NCBI GenBank assembly: GCA_014729775.1 | Contig: WJJJ01000011.1 | Span: forward strand, 4,606-68,605 | Direction: 5' to 3' | Length of the DNA stretch: 64,000 nt | Source of the DNA: Candidatus Omnitrophota bacterium | GTDB lineage: Bacteria > Omnitrophota > Gorgyraeia > Duberdicusellales > 4484-171 | Shown here: in pieces, positions 10,570-20,016 of the stretch | Layout of the letters: every line of letters begins with the position of its first letter | How positions within the stretch are numbered: the stretch's first letter is position 1 | Made by a program: the position numbers and the translations under genes | The notes under the pieces: generated by a model | Database searches by the model: none | What the model was told of the DNA's origin: nothing | The model's input: only the letters and a program-made list of their open reading frames with translations

Positions 10570-11022
10570 ATGGCGATATATATCGGAATCGGCGCAAATC
10601 TCGGTGACCGTGCACGATCCATACGGAACGCGCTGGCCATGCTCAAGACGCATCCGGAAATACGCGTGAAAAAGGTTTCCCGGCTGAGGGAAACTTCGCC
10701 GGTAGACGGACCGGCCCAGCCCGATTATCTGAACGCCGCGGCGGAACTCGAATCGTCTCTTTCTCCGCAAGAACTGCTCCGCGCGTTACAGGAGATCGAG
10801 CACCGGCTGGGTCGTGTCCGCGCACTCAAAAACGGACCGCGCATTATCGATTTGGATTTGCTGCTGTATCACGAGCAAATAATCTGTTCGGCCGGTCTGC
10901 AGGTCCCTCATCCGCGTATGACACGGCGGGCGTTTGTCATGGAACCGCTGAGAGAGATCTCGCCGGACATCGATAAGGTAATTCAGCGAATCGGCAAGGT
11001 ACATGAAAACACTAAAAACTAA
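10570..11022 (+). CDS. folK: 2-amino-4-hydroxy-6-hydroxymethyldihydropteridine pyrophosphokinase (HPPK)
   Basis: 150 aa with IYIGIGANLGDR, GPRIIDLDLLLY and HPRMTRRAFV, which are typical HPPK motifs. Confidence 0.85.
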   Translation: MAIYIGIGANLGDRARSIRNALAMLKTHPEIRVKKVSRLRETSPVDGPAQPDYLNAAAELESSLSPQELLRALQEIEHRLGRVRALKNGPRIIDLDLLLYHEQIICSAGLQVPHPRMTRRAFVMEPLREISPDIDKVIQRIGKVHENTKN

Positions 11023-11857
11023 TCAGGGTATCCGCTCCGAATCGGCACGTCTCCGGAATGCGGGCAAACGCATAGGCCTGGTGCCCACTATGGGAGCCAT
11101 TCACCAGGGACATCTCTCGCTGGTACGCCGCGCCCGCCGGGAATGCGAATGCGTGGTTGCGAGCGTGTTTGTCAATCCCGCGCAGTTCGGTCCCGGGGAA
11201 GATTACCGGACTTATCCCAGGAATATGCGCCGGGATGCGGCACTTCTTCGGCAGGAGGGCGTCGATCTTCTTTTTACGCCCTCCGTTCCGTCGATGTATC
11301 CGTCCGGGTATTCCACGTTCGTCGAGGAAACAGCCCTGAGCCGCAATTTATGCGGCTGGCACCGTCCGGGACATTTTCGCGGAGTATGCACGATTGTCAG
11401 CAAGCTCTTCCAGCTTGTGGGGCCGGAGAGGGCGTACTTCGGAAAAAAGGATTACCAGCAGGCACTGATCATACGTCGCATGTGCCGGGATTTGAATTTT
11501 CCCGTCCGCATTGTCCTGGTGCCGATAGTGAGGGAACCGGACGGCCTTGCGCTGAGTTCACGCAACCGCTTTCTTTCACCCCGGCAGCGGAACCAGGCCG
11601 TGTGCCTGCACCGCGCTTTGGAACTCGCCCTCCGACAAATCCGGCGCGGGGAACGCAACGCGCAGAAAGTGATAAAAGGAATGGAGAAACTGATCCGGGA
11701 ATATTCTCTGGCGCGTCCCGAATACATCTGCGTGTGCAGCGCACATACTCTGGAACCGCTCACCGTGATCCGCGGCCGCATTCTTGTCGCGCTCGCGGTA
11801 CGGATAGGGAAGACGCGATTGATCGACAATAAGGAATACCATGTGCGAAAAAAATAA
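11003..11857 (+). CDS. panC: Pantoate--beta-alanine ligase
   Basis: 284 aa with the PTMGAIHQGHLSL (HIGH-like) motif and FVNPAQFGPGEDY. Its start overlaps the folK end. Confidence 0.9.
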   Translation: MKTLKTNQGIRSESARLRNAGKRIGLVPTMGAIHQGHLSLVRRARRECECVVASVFVNPAQFGPGEDYRTYPRNMRRDAALLRQEGVDLLFTPSVPSMYPSGYSTFVEETALSRNLCGWHRPGHFRGVCTIVSKLFQLVGPERAYFGKKDYQQALIIRRMCRDLNFPVRIVLVPIVREPDGLALSSRNRFLSPRQRNQAVCLHRALELALRQIRRGERNAQKVIKGMEKLIREYSLARPEYICVCSAHTLEPLTVIRGRILVALAVRIGKTRLIDNKEYHVRKK

Positions 11858-12680
11858 AAAACGGATCAGTGTCATCGGATGCGGGACGATCGGCCAGCAC
11901 ATTCTCGGATTTTTACACGGGCAAATGAACCGATACGCAGAGATCGTCGGAGTATGCGATCTTGAACGGGAAAAGATAGTTCACTGGCAGCAGCGTTCCG
12001 GAATCACGGTTCCGATTGTCGGCCTTAAAACGGCAATCGCCGAATCTGATATGATCGTAGAAGCGGCATCGCAGTCAGCTGCCGAGAGATTACTCCGGGA
12101 GCTGATTCCTTCCCGAAAAGAACTGATTCTGCTCAGTACGGGAGCACTCATCCGTCACGAGGAAATTCTCGAAAGTATGAAATCCGGCTCACTTAAAATC
12201 TATGTTCCTTCGGGAGCGGTATGCGGGATCGACGGAATCGGAGCGCTCTCGCAGGGCACGCTCACTTCAGTAAAATTGATTACTGCAAAACCTCCCGCGG
12301 GACTCAAAGGGATTCCTTATCTGCGCGAACGATATCCCGATATCGACAAGGCCCGGGAAGAACGGATAGTATTTGAGGGGAATGTCGCCGACGCGATAGC
12401 GAATTTCCCCAAAAACATCAATGTTGCAGCGACACTGTTGTGTGCCGCGGCAGCCGCGCACGGAGCGAAAGCGAAAAATCTCGTGAAGGTGTGTATGAAA
12501 GTCAACCCTCATCTCACCCAAAATATGCACCGGATTGAAATCGAAGGGAAAGAGGCGAATATTACAGTCGAGATTCGAAACGTTCCCTCGGCAGCGAATC
12601 CTAAAACGAGCGCCTTAACCGCGCTTTCCGTCCAGTACCTCTTACATAAGATTTTTTCCGGCCTCAAGACCGGCTCCTGA
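11841..12680 (+). CDS. nadX: L-aspartate dehydrogenase (NadX family)
   Basis: 279 aa with an N-terminal Rossmann ISVIGCGTIG and a strong match to Thermotoga-type AspDH motifs (FPKNINVAATL, NPKTSALTA). Confidence 0.75.
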   Translation: MCEKNKKRISVIGCGTIGQHILGFLHGQMNRYAEIVGVCDLEREKIVHWQQRSGITVPIVGLKTAIAESDMIVEAASQSAAERLLRELIPSRKELILLSTGALIRHEEILESMKSGSLKIYVPSGAVCGIDGIGALSQGTLTSVKLITAKPPAGLKGIPYLRERYPDIDKAREERIVFEGNVADAIANFPKNINVAATLLCAAAAAHGAKAKNLVKVCMKVNPHLTQNMHRIEIEGKEANITVEIRNVPSAANPKTSALTALSVQYLLHKIFSGLKTGS

Positions 12681-12757
12681 CGCAAAGAACGCGCGGTGCC
12701 TGAAAGTTACCGCAGGTGAAATATGCAGTGCAGCGGACAAGCAAAGAGAAAATACTG

Positions 12758-15574
12758 ATGAACGACCGCATATACATCAAGGGTGCAAAAGAACACAACC
12801 TGAAAAATATCGAGCTCTCGATTCCCAAGAACCGTCTTGCGGTAGTCACGGGGTTATCCGGATCGGGAAAATCGTCTTTAGCTTTTGACACGGTATATGC
12901 GGAAGGGCAGAGGCGCTACGTGGAAAGTCTCTCCAGCTACGCCCGTCAGTTTCTGGAACAATTACAGAAACCGGACGTGGAACATATCGAAGGACTTTCT
13001 CCGGCTATCGCGATTGAACAACGTACCGCCGGCGCTTCTCCGAGGTCCATCGTCGCCACCCAAACCGAGCTTTACGATTATCTGCGCCTGTTATTTGCGC
13101 GAGTCGGACACCCGCATTGCCCCTCCTGCGGCCGGGCCGTCCAAAAACAGACTTCCGAGGAAATCATCGACCACATTCTGTCGTTCCCTTCCGGGAACAA
13201 AATTTACCTCTTGGCTCCGGTCGTCCGCGGCAAAAAAGGCGAATACCAGCAGTTGTTTCCGCGGCTGCTGAAAGAAGGATTCTCCCGGGTGCGGATCGAC
13301 GGAAAAATTTACGGGCTGGACGAACAGATCCGATTAAAAAAATATCATCGGCATACGATTGAAATAGTAGTAGACCGGCTCAAAGTCGCTCCGGAGTATC
13401 AGCGGCGGATTTCCGACGCCGTAGAAGTAGCTCTGAGATATTCCCGGGGGATGGTGCAGGTCTACGATGAAACCCGCTCCCGAGAATTCTTAATGAACGC
13501 TCGTTACAGCTGTCCTTCGTGCGGAATCTCCCTGGGAGAATTGGAACCCCGGATGTTTTCATTCAATTCCCCGTACGGCGCGTGTCCCGCCTGCAATGGT
13601 CTTGGAAACAAACAGGAGTTTGATACAGACCTTATCGTACCCGAACCGCACCGGACCCTCCGCGAAGGGGCGATCGAGGTGTGGCGCCGCGGTTCCCGCG
13701 GATATATCATGTATTACCGCTCTCTTTTGCGTGATTTAGCCGACGAAGCAGGATTTTCCATGGATGTGCCTTTTTCCCGGCTTGCTCCCGCAACCCGGCA
13801 GCTCATCCTTTACGGGAGTGAAAACGTGGAAGTGTGGGGACGACCGTACGAAGGCGTGATCCCCCACCTGGAACGTCTGTTGAAAAAAACGGATAGTGAG
13901 TACATGAAGACCGAAATTACGAAATACATGTCGAAACTCCCCTGTCCCGAATGCGAAGGTGCCAGGCTGCGCCCGGAGAGTCTCGCCGTCTACGTGAACC
14001 GAAAATCGATCTGGGACGTCATTCAAATGAGCATTGATGACGCGCACCAATTTTTCTCCGGTCTGCGTCTCTCGGAATACGAACGGCATATCGCGCAACA
14101 TGTGATAAAAGAAGTGCAGAAACGGCTCGCCTTTTGTGTGAACGTAGGACTGGGATATTTGAACCTCAACCGGCTCAGCTCGACGCTTTCCGGCGGAGAA
14201 GCGCAGCGTATCCGCCTCGCCACTCAGCTCGGCTCGTCGTTAAGCGGCGTGATCTATATTCTCGACGAACCGACAATCGGCCTTCATCCGCGAGACGACG
14301 CGAAATTAATACGGACACTGAGAAACTTGCGCGACTTGGGAAACACGCTGCTGGTGGTGGAACACGATGAACAAATGATCCGCGCGGCGGACTGGATCGT
14401 CGATTTGGGACCGGGCGCAGGCAATCACGGCGGCACTGTCGTCTTTTCCGGCGACCAGACTGCATTAAAAAAGGGCAGGACCCTGACCGCGGCCTATCTG
14501 CACGGCCGGCGTGAGATTCCGACTCCGCCGCAGCGGCGCGCGCCCAGGCGCAATTACCAAATTGAAATCATCCGGGCATCCGAACATAATCTTAAAAACA
14601 TCCGGGTGGTCTTTCCCCTGGGCGTATTTCTCTGCGTGACCGGAGTATCCGGATCGGGCAAATCCACGCTGGTCGAAGATATTCTTTATAAATCCCTGGC
14701 CCGTAAAATTTATGGATCCCGGGTCAAGCCGGGCGCCCATAGTTCGATCAAAGGAGCCGAATATGTTGATAAAGTCATTATCGTCGATCAATCTCCCATC
14801 GGCCGGACCCCCCGGTCAAATCCGGCCACGTACACCGGTGTGTTCACCTACATTCGCGAAGTATTTGCCCGTCTGCCGGAAGCAAAAGCGAGAGGCTACA
14901 GACCGGCCCGATTCAGTTTCAATGTGAGCGGCGGCAGATGTGACGCCTGCAGGGGGGACGGCACAAAAAAGATAGAGATGCACTTTCTTCCCGATGTCTA
15001 CGTCGACTGCGAGATTTGCGGGGGCACACGATTCAACAAACAGACCCTGGAAATCACCTTCAAGGGAAAAACGATCGCCGACGTGCTCTCAATGACGGTC
15101 GACGAAGCCTTTCGGCTGTTTGAGAACTTCCCCCGCATAAAAAGAATACTTGAAACGATCCGGGATGTGGGGTTAGGATATATTACATTAGGGCAGGCGG
15201 CCACCACGCTATCCGGAGGAGAAGCGCAGCGGATGAAGCTGGCATCACAGCTCCGTAAACGCTCGACCGGACAAACGTTCTACATCCTTGACGAACCGAC
15301 GACCGGTCTGCATTTTCACGATGTGAAAAAGTTGCTGGAAGTACTTCAGCGTCTGGTAGAGAAGGGCAATACGGTTTTATTGATCGAGCATAACCTGGAT
15401 GTGATAAAATGCGCCGATTATGTGATTGATTTGGGACCCGAAGGAGGAGCTTCCGGCGGAAAGGTAATCGCGGCCGGAACGCCGGAAGAGATTACACGCG
15501 TAAGGGAATCCTATACCGGCCGTTTTCTTAAAGCGAAACTTCTCCCTTCAGAAAAAAAACGGAGAAAAAAATGA
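12758..15574 (+). CDS. uvrA: Excinuclease ABC subunit A
   Basis: Has two ABC ATPase modules (GLSGSGKSSLAF, GVSGSGKSTLV, LSGGEAQR twice) and zinc-finger Cys clusters. The start MNDRIYIKGAKEHNLKNI at 12758 is preferred over the track start 12716. Confidence 0.95.
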   Translation: MNDRIYIKGAKEHNLKNIELSIPKNRLAVVTGLSGSGKSSLAFDTVYAEGQRRYVESLSSYARQFLEQLQKPDVEHIEGLSPAIAIEQRTAGASPRSIVATQTELYDYLRLLFARVGHPHCPSCGRAVQKQTSEEIIDHILSFPSGNKIYLLAPVVRGKKGEYQQLFPRLLKEGFSRVRIDGKIYGLDEQIRLKKYHRHTIEIVVDRLKVAPEYQRRISDAVEVALRYSRGMVQVYDETRSREFLMNARYSCPSCGISLGELEPRMFSFNSPYGACPACNGLGNKQEFDTDLIVPEPHRTLREGAIEVWRRGSRGYIMYYRSLLRDLADEAGFSMDVPFSRLAPATRQLILYGSENVEVWGRPYEGVIPHLERLLKKTDSEYMKTEITKYMSKLPCPECEGARLRPESLAVYVNRKSIWDVIQMSIDDAHQFFSGLRLSEYERHIAQHVIKEVQKRLAFCVNVGLGYLNLNRLSSTLSGGEAQRIRLATQLGSSLSGVIYILDEPTIGLHPRDDAKLIRTLRNLRDLGNTLLVVEHDEQMIRAADWIVDLGPGAGNHGGTVVFSGDQTALKKGRTLTAAYLHGRREIPTPPQRRAPRRNYQIEIIRASEHNLKNIRVVFPLGVFLCVTGVSGSGKSTLVEDILYKSLARKIYGSRVKPGAHSSIKGAEYVDKVIIVDQSPIGRTPRSNPATYTGVFTYIREVFARLPEAKARGYRPARFSFNVSGGRCDACRGDGTKKIEMHFLPDVYVDCEICGGTRFNKQTLEITFKGKTIADVLSMTVDEAFRLFENFPRIKRILETIRDVGLGYITLGQAATTLSGGEAQRMKLASQLRKRSTGQTFYILDEPTTGLHFHDVKKLLEVLQRLVEKGNTVLLIEHNLDVIKCADYVIDLGPEGGASGGKVIAAGTPEEITRVRESYTGRFLKAKLLPSEKKRRKK

Positions 15575-17994
15575 ACCGCATATTTCGATTAGGAATCACC
15601 GCAATAATAATATCCGCCTCTGCGCTTCTGCCGGCAGAAGCGCAGAGTCTTCCGGAAGAAAAATTCCAGATCGCAGTCAAAGCATACGAAGACGGTTTTT
15701 ACGGCGCGGCACTTTCTTTATTCACCCGTTTCGCGGATGAATTCCCCCAGAGTGCGCGTCTTCCCAAAGCCGAACTCTATCGTGCCAAATGTTTTTATTT
15801 TCAAGAGGATTACGCCAAAGCAGCCGCGATCCTCAATGACTTGGCCGAGCGCAAGAACGCGCAGTCGATCGAAGATGAAGTGTACTACTGGCTGGCCGAA
15901 ATCAGCCTCAAGGGCAAAAATTACGCTGCTGCGCTGAATAGGGCGGAAGAAATCATGCAGAAATTCCCGGATTCTTCCTATCGTTGGTGGGCGGCCTATG
16001 TCGCCGCACGCGCCTACACATTTCAGAATCAGTTTCCGGAAGCACTGAGCCTCTACGAAAAGATCATCGAACAAAGTCCGGACCAAGAACTCCGCCACCG
16101 GTCTTTTTCGCGCTTTCTGAATGTCCTGTTCCGCCAAAAACGTTACGCGCAAATCATTACCCGGGTGCAACAGTATCTCTCCCGCACCAAAAACGCTTCA
16201 GATGTTCCTCTCGACGTTTATTTTTTTCTCGCCGAAAGTCTATTCGAGGAAAAAAATTTTACTGCCGCACTGAATGCCTACACGCAGGGGATCGCCGCAG
16301 GTGCCGACGACCGCCTCAGAGACCGGCTACTGCAGGGCAAAATGTACACGCTGCTCGCTCAGGGAAAAAAGGAAGAAGCGAAACTCGCCGCGAATAAGAT
16401 TCAGGATCCTGCATCCCGCCGCTACCATACCGGAGTGTATTATTTGAAACTCGAGCTGTTCACCGAAGCGCTTCGTTCGTTCTCGTATTTCATCGAAGAG
16501 CATCCGGAATCAGAAAATGTTCCTCAGGCATACCTGCACAAAGCGGATATCCTGTATGAAATGGGACGGGTGAACGATTCACTTTCGGTGTACCAGTTTA
16601 TACTGGAAAATATCGACGCTGACCGCTATCCGGAAATCATCGACAAAGCGCATTACGGTTTAGCCTGGTGTTATCTCAAAAACGGAGAATATAAAAAGGC
16701 GATCGATGAATTCCGGGACACACTCAAATATACCGGCAACCAAATAGTCAAGGTCAGTTCCCAGATCCAAATCGCCGATGCCAACCAGGAAAGAAAGGAA
16801 TACGAACAAGCCTTAACCATGTACGAACAAATACTGAAAGACAATCCCAACACCATTTACGGCGATTACATTCAATTTCAAATCGGAATGATCTTCCTGA
16901 AAACCGATCGCATCAGAGACGCATTCCTGGCATTTCGGACGCTGAAAAAGAACTTTCCTGCCTCTGATCTGGCGGGCCAGGCACAATATTATCTCGCCGC
17001 CGGATACTTCTCGCAAGAGGAATACCTCCAAGCGAGGAGGATCCTTGAAGACCTCAGGAAAAAAAACGATGACAGCGAATTCCAGACGAAAGTCGCCTAT
17101 CTCTACGGAAAATGCTTTTTCAATGAAGGCCTCTATGAACGCGCGATCGGTGTTTTCGAAGAATGTCTGGAAAAATGCCGCTATCCGCGTCTGGGAGAAT
17201 TGATGTACATTGATCTCGGCAACGCCTATCTGCATTTAGGAAAGAAAAAACAGGCGGAAGAGACCTGGGGCCAGCTCATTACCCGTTATCCCCGCTCCCA
17301 GTACGTACCGACGGTAATGTTGAGCATCGGCGGTCTGCAGGAACAGCAGGGAAGATATGCCAGCGCCGAGAACAACTATAAAAAAGTAATTGACTCTTTC
17401 CCCGATTCAGCCTACGCACGCGAAGCGATGCTGTCGCTCGGACATCTGTACTGGCAGCAAAAATCCATGAAGAAAGCGGAGAAAATGTTCCTGGCGGTGG
17501 AACAGGACAAATCACCGCTCGCCCTGAAAGGGAAACTTTTTCGCGCGAAACTCTACCGGCATCAGGACCGTCACGCGCAGGCTCTCAAACTGCTGGAGGA
17601 ACTTATTCCCGGCAAAGAAAAGATCGCATCGGCCGCGCTGATGGAATACGCCAATATCCTCAAAGAACAACGGCGCTATACCGAGGCGGCGCACTATTTC
17701 AGACAAGCTCTGGACCGGGGAATCGATTCCGCACAGGTACGTTTCTCGCTGGCGATGTGTTTGGAAAAATCCGGACGGCCGGGAAAGGCGGTGGAAGAAT
17801 ACTTTTATCTGATTTACCACTTCCCGGAATCGGAATACCGGCTCCGCGCGCATTTCCGTATCGCCCGTCTGTACGAGGAAATGAAAAAATTCGAAGCGGC
17901 AAAAGAAATATACCGCAAAATAATAGGATTTCAGGTCGATGAGTCGAAAATAGCGCAATCGAGATTAGATGCGCTCCAAACGAACGCCCCGTAG
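15571..17994 (+). CDS. Secreted tetratricopeptide-repeat protein (signal peptide plus about 14 TPR units)
   Basis: 807 aa with an N-terminal signal-like MNRIFRLGITAIIISASALLPAEAQ and repeated W/LG/Y/A/F/A/P TPR periodicity throughout. Its ATG overlaps the uvrA stop. Confidence 0.7.
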   Translation: MNRIFRLGITAIIISASALLPAEAQSLPEEKFQIAVKAYEDGFYGAALSLFTRFADEFPQSARLPKAELYRAKCFYFQEDYAKAAAILNDLAERKNAQSIEDEVYYWLAEISLKGKNYAAALNRAEEIMQKFPDSSYRWWAAYVAARAYTFQNQFPEALSLYEKIIEQSPDQELRHRSFSRFLNVLFRQKRYAQIITRVQQYLSRTKNASDVPLDVYFFLAESLFEEKNFTAALNAYTQGIAAGADDRLRDRLLQGKMYTLLAQGKKEEAKLAANKIQDPASRRYHTGVYYLKLELFTEALRSFSYFIEEHPESENVPQAYLHKADILYEMGRVNDSLSVYQFILENIDADRYPEIIDKAHYGLAWCYLKNGEYKKAIDEFRDTLKYTGNQIVKVSSQIQIADANQERKEYEQALTMYEQILKDNPNTIYGDYIQFQIGMIFLKTDRIRDAFLAFRTLKKNFPASDLAGQAQYYLAAGYFSQEEYLQARRILEDLRKKNDDSEFQTKVAYLYGKCFFNEGLYERAIGVFEECLEKCRYPRLGELMYIDLGNAYLHLGKKKQAEETWGQLITRYPRSQYVPTVMLSIGGLQEQQGRYASAENNYKKVIDSFPDSAYAREAMLSLGHLYWQQKSMKKAEKMFLAVEQDKSPLALKGKLFRAKLYRHQDRHAQALKLLEELIPGKEKIASAALMEYANILKEQRRYTEAAHYFRQALDRGIDSAQVRFSLAMCLEKSGRPGKAVEEYFYLIYHFPESEYRLRAHFRIARLYEEMKKFEAAKEIYRKIIGFQVDESKIAQSRLDALQTNAP

Positions 17995-18008
17995 ACAAGG
18001 AGGACGAC

Positions 18009-18641
18009 ATGTGGCAATTCATTCTTAAAGGGGGCTGGCTGATGCTCCCGATCGTTTTTTGTTCCATATTTACCTTGGCAATCATCGTAGAACGGCTCTT
18101 TTTCTTTCATACGGTACGGTTTCCCACGGCGGTACTTTTGGAAAAGGTCCTTGAAGCGGTACGGAAAAATCAAATCACCAAAGCGATCGACATTTGTGAT
18201 AAACATCCCTATTATGTCACGAATATCCTTAAAGCGGGCATGCTCCGCTACGAAGAATCGAAAGAAATCATTAAAGAATCGATGGAAAACGCTTCTCTGT
18301 ACGAAATACCTAAACTGGAAAGGAACCTCAACTTCCTGAGCACCCTTGCGCACATCTCTCCCTTGCTGGGACTTCTCGGAACGGTGGTGGGGATGATCAA
18401 ATGCTTTGACGTCGTAAAAAACTTGTCGGGAAGCGTAGGGGTGGTAAACCCCACTGCGCTGGCCGACGGCATCTCCACCGCGCTGTTCACCACCGCGGCG
18501 GGGCTGTTCGTGGCAATCCCGGCTTATCTTGCCTACAACTATTTCGTCCACAAAGTGAATCTTTCGGTACTTGAAGCGGAACGGGCGGCCACGGAGCTTG
18601 TCGAAGTGCTTTCCGAGAGGAGGTATGTCGGTGAGATTTAA
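18009..18641 (+). CDS. exbB: MotA/TolQ/ExbB proton-channel family protein
   Basis: 210 aa with three TM segments and the family-typical layout of an N-terminal TM, a cytoplasmic loop and C-terminal paired TMs (PLLGLLGTVVGMI...ALFTTAAGL). Confidence 0.85.
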   Translation: MWQFILKGGWLMLPIVFCSIFTLAIIVERLFFFHTVRFPTAVLLEKVLEAVRKNQITKAIDICDKHPYYVTNILKAGMLRYEESKEIIKESMENASLYEIPKLERNLNFLSTLAHISPLLGLLGTVVGMIKCFDVVKNLSGSVGVVNPTALADGISTALFTTAAGLFVAIPAYLAYNYFVHKVNLSVLEAERAATELVEVLSERRYVGEI

Positions 18642-19029
18642 GAAACGGGTCGTGACCGAAGCGGGATTACGACAGATCGATATCGCGCCGCTTATCGATA
18701 TTATTTTTTTATTATTGATTTTCTTCATGCTTACGTCAAGTTTCGTGATCATTCCCGGAATAAACGTGAAACTGCCGGCAGCACTCACTTCGGAAGACGT
18801 CAATACCCAAACCCTCACCGTGACTATTTCCAGCGAGGATATACTGTACGTGGAGGGTAAACCGGTGCTGAAACCGGAAATTGAACGGATGCTCCAAAAA
18901 CGGAAGTATCAATCGATTTTTATCAAAGCCGACCGGAACGCGAGTTTGGGAACTTTGATCGGGATCTATGACCTATGCAAGGCGATGGACGTGGAAAAAA
19001 TCGGTATCGCAACGACCAGAATCGAATAA
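18625..19029 (+). CDS. exbD: ExbD/TolR biopolymer transport protein
   Basis: Starts MSVRFKKR and carries IDIAPLIDIIFLLLIFFM (the canonical ExbD/TolR TM motif). The start overlaps the exbB end. Confidence 0.85.
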   Translation: MSVRFKKRVVTEAGLRQIDIAPLIDIIFLLLIFFMLTSSFVIIPGINVKLPAALTSEDVNTQTLTVTISSEDILYVEGKPVLKPEIERMLQKRKYQSIFIKADRNASLGTLIGIYDLCKAMDVEKIGIATTRIE

Positions 19030-19044
19030 CCCAGGGAGTATCCG

Positions 19045-19599
19045 GTGCGCTTTTTCCGAAATAAGAAGCATTTTTTCACCGCCGCGCTCCTTCTTTCTGT
19101 GGTGATCCATTGCGCGCTCTTTAGCGCGGTTTCGTTACGGATAGAGGATTATACCCTGCCGATATTCTATTCCTGGTCGGATATCCTCACTCCGCAAGAC
19201 CTGTTGCCGCCGAAAGGAGAATCGAATGAAATCCCGCAGGTCCTCTTTCGCTGGCACAGAGCGCGAAAAGGGTATTTCTTGTCCATCCTTGGAGCAGAGC
19301 CCGTTGCTGAACTCCGTCTCGCGCCGATATATCCATTCTCTCCCTCGGCAGATCTCGCGCGGGATCCGGTCAATCATTTATTTCTGTGGCAGCGTCACGT
19401 GGTACTGCCCGCCGAAAAAAAAGAACAGGTGGCGTTTAAGATCTTCGTTTCATCCTATGGAAAAGCCCTGTTCAGCGTACCGGAAAAATTACCTTTGAAT
19501 TCCGAGGGAACGCTCCTGTTTCAGCAGTATTTACGCGAGTCTTCCGTGTTCTTTCATGACAAATTCTGCTGGACAAAAATGGAAGAAGTAGTACAATAA
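19045..19599 (+). CDS. TonB-like energy-transducer candidate (divergent)
   Basis: A GTG start follows an AGGGAG RBS. The N-terminal anchor AALLLSVVIHCALFSAV carries the TonB SxxxH motif. It sits directly after exbBD but lacks a Pro-rich spacer, and its C-terminal domain is not recognisable. Confidence 0.4.
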   Translation: MRFFRNKKHFFTAALLLSVVIHCALFSAVSLRIEDYTLPIFYSWSDILTPQDLLPPKGESNEIPQVLFRWHRARKGYFLSILGAEPVAELRLAPIYPFSPSADLARDPVNHLFLWQRHVVLPAEKKEQVAFKIFVSSYGKALFSVPEKLPLNSEGTLLFQQYLRESSVFFHDKFCWTKMEEVVQ

Positions 19600-19601
19600 C
19601 T

Positions 19602-19850
19602 ATGAAAATAACCTTATCCGTATTTTTTTCCGTCATCCTGTGCGGATGGCTTATTTTTTTTCTGATCGCGGCACTGATCAGCAATCGGTGGTCGGTAAAT
19701 ACAAAAAAAAACACGCGGTTGAAAAAGCGCAAGTGTGAGATATGTTCATCGGTATACTTCACTCCGTCATTTTACAAATTCTGGCACTGTCCTTTTTGCG
19801 GGAGTATAAATAAAAATGATCATTACCGAAATAGGAATCGTCGCCGGTGA
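19602..19850 (+). CDS. Small membrane protein with C-terminal CxxC...CxxC zinc ribbon
   Basis: 82 aa with a TM helix (SVFFSVILCGWLIFFLIAALI), then KCEICSS...HCPFCGS and a basic tail. Confidence 0.4.
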   Translation: MKITLSVFFSVILCGWLIFFLIAALISNRWSVNTKKNTRLKKRKCEICSSVYFTPSFYKFWHCPFCGSINKNDHYRNRNRRR

Positions 19851-20016
19851 AATATGGCATTATCTGGATCAGCACGGAGAAGTGTCGTTACCTCAGCTTC
19901 TGGAAGGACTGGGAAACCGCAAAGAAGTAATTTTAATGAGCTTAGGCTGGCTGGCCCGGGAAGGACACGTATTGGTCCGTTATGAAAAGAACGAATATCG
20001 AGTTAATTTACGGTGA
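19816..20016 (+). CDS. Winged-helix protein, DUF2582-like
   Basis: 66 aa (MIITEIGIVAGEIWHYLDQHGEVSLPQLLEGLGNRKEVILMSLGWLAREGHVLV), matching from memory the DUF2582 wHTH family including its GWLARE motif. Confidence 0.45.
   Translation: MIITEIGIVAGEIWHYLDQHGEVSLPQLLEGLGNRKEVILMSLGWLAREGHVLVRYEKNEYRVNLR

Noticed and set aside
11143-11832. 229-aa + strand ORF in an alternative frame within panC
   Set aside because: PanC motifs (PTMGAIHQGH) define the true frame. The alternative frame is Arg/Pro/Gly-rich, typical of an off-frame translation of GC-rich DNA.
17931-18818. 295-aa minus-strand ORF overlapping the TPR gene end and all of exbB
   Set aside because: ExbB/TolQ on the + strand is unambiguous, so this antisense ORF is spurious.
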